The translations under genes were made by a program, and so were the position numbers. Under the pieces are notes generated by a model. It made no database searches, had not been told where the DNA came from, and saw only the letters and a program-made list of their open reading frames with translations. This document shows positions 63,236 to 64,000 of a DNA stretch of 64,000 nucleotides, in pieces. Numbering within the stretch: position 1 is the first letter of the stretch; each line of letters opens with the position of its first letter. This DNA comes from Patescibacteria group bacterium (GTDB lineage: Bacteria; Patescibacteriota; Microgenomatia; UBA1400; PJMF01). The stretch is taken from assembly GCA_041747555.1 (NCBI GenBank), contig JBGTEY010000007.1, positions 11,426 through 75,425 of the forward strand, read 5' to 3'.

Positions 63236-63448
63236 TTTTTTGCCTCCAAAGTGTATTCCTTTCTCAAGAAAGGGCCACTAAACACGAAAAAGAAGTACTC
63301 GTGCGCAGCGTCCCTTCCTCGAGATGGAGGCGTGGTTTTATGAGCCTTAGTGAGAAGGTGTTTTAAAGAGCAAATCGAAAGATGCATGTTAGTGTCTTAC
63401 AGTGTCTGATGCTATATCAGGCTGTCTAACACAAACTACATCTATTCT

Positions 63449-63489
63449 ATTATGACATTAAACGGCCAAGTGTCAATACTATAAGGACT
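63449..63489 (-). promoter_or_regulatory. Sigma70 promoter, cassette B
   Basis: agtccttatagta-TTGACA-N16-CATAAT. Confidence 0.7.
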
Positions 63490-63536
63490 TAAAATAGCGC
63501 AAGTAACATGTAAGCTACTTTCACATTGGTATCACA

Positions 63537-63565
63537 CCAAAAACCGCCCCCTAAGGAGCGGTTTG
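63537..63565 (-). terminator. Intrinsic terminator after the 63612-63950 gene
   Basis: Minus strand aaaccgctccttagggggcggTTTTT; same stem family as the cassette terminators. Confidence 0.75.
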
Positions 63566-63611
63566 ATTTGTAAATTTGGTACTCAAGCCGAAGGGCCAAG
63601 TAAAGTGAGGT

Positions 63612-63950
63612 TTAGCTCAATTTTCGTTTGATGACGAGTGCGCCAACGCCTGACAACATGCTTACAGCAGCGGTTGCAGTGGTTTGGGCATCGAGGGCTG
63701 TGTCAGCGGGAGTGTGTGTTTTCCCAAGGACTTGGCCTTCACGAAACTTAATTGATTGCTCTTGTTCACCGAATTGTTCTGCTTTGGCTTTACATTTTGA
63801 TGTTTGGCCATAAGCGCCAACTTCGCATTCAATCTCGATTTCTTGTTCGAGTGTTTGCTTTTGTGTGGCATCGGTTTCAGCTTGGGCCTGTGCAGGAGCA
63901 CTGACCATAAGTGCTGAAATGAGCAGAGCGGCAACGATAAGTTTGTTCAT
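63612..63950 (-). CDS. Small secreted protein with possible sortase sorting signal
   Basis: Signal peptide ending AQA, Cys pair, TPADTA, hydrophobic stretch and KRK tail; SD AAGGAG. Confidence 0.72.
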   Translation of the reverse strand: MNKLIVAALLISALMVSAPAQAQAETDATQKQTLEQEIEIECEVGAYGQTSKCKAKAEQFGEQEQSIKFREGQVLGKTHTPADTALDAQTTATAAVSMLSGVGALVIKRKLS

Positions 63951-64000
63951 AGTGCTCCTTTTTTGTCTTACTACTTGACTACGCGGTTGATAATAAAAAT

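Larger units (their letters stand above)
62923..63489. repeat. Direct repeat copy B (terminator-gene-leader-promoter unit)
   Basis: Shares identical blocks with copy A at an offset of about 2.5 kb. Confidence 0.9.

Noticed and set aside
59818-63490. Type I toxin-antitoxin loci
   Set aside because: SD sequestration and hydrophobic products fit, but the proteins (90-114 aa, three TMs) are larger than typical type I toxins. I also found no convincing plus-strand promoter for an antisense RNA. Not called, though not excluded.
56500-64000. CRISPR array or other guide-RNA repeat array
   Set aside because: Repeats are separated by whole genes at irregular distances, there is no fixed repeat-spacer period, and no cas or Nop-domain gene was recognised.
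56500-64000. Classical integron cassette array
   Set aside because: No integrase is in the window, no consistent RYYYAAC...GTTRRRY attC ends were found, and the cassettes carry their own promoters and terminators.

Overview
Bacterial chromosomal window that looks like Patescibacteria (CPR), probably Microgenomates. The basis is loss of rpmD between rpsE and rplO, a short AlaRS, long low-complexity tails on ribosomal proteins, many leaderless promoters and TGA used as a stop codon. Bases 1-14.6 kb hold surface and housekeeping genes (prmC, ccdA/thioredoxin, alaS, sortase, ruvX, mltG). Bases 14.8-44.4 kb hold the rpoBC-str-S10-spc-alpha superoperon plus rplM-rpsI. Bases 44.5-56.4 kb hold minus-strand envelope genes (ABC-2 exporter, HU, VanZ, lamin-tail protein, GT-C-like and GT2 glycosyltransferases). 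The most unusual part is 56.5-64 kb, a minus-strand tandem array of self-contained gene cassettes. Five cassettes carry a sigma70 promoter with a shared upstream motif and a 200-560 nt structured 5' leader containing a boxA-like 12-mer. Three to four of those leaders also contain a covarying two-state hairpin that can sequester the Shine-Dalgarno, and four array genes end in a related GC-rich terminator. Two cassettes are ~570-bp direct repeats whose non-coding parts are highly similar while their 90-aa membrane proteins are only ~21% identical. No rRNA, tRNA, CRISPR array, transposase or integrase was recognised. All calls are from reading the sequence by eye; no searches were run.
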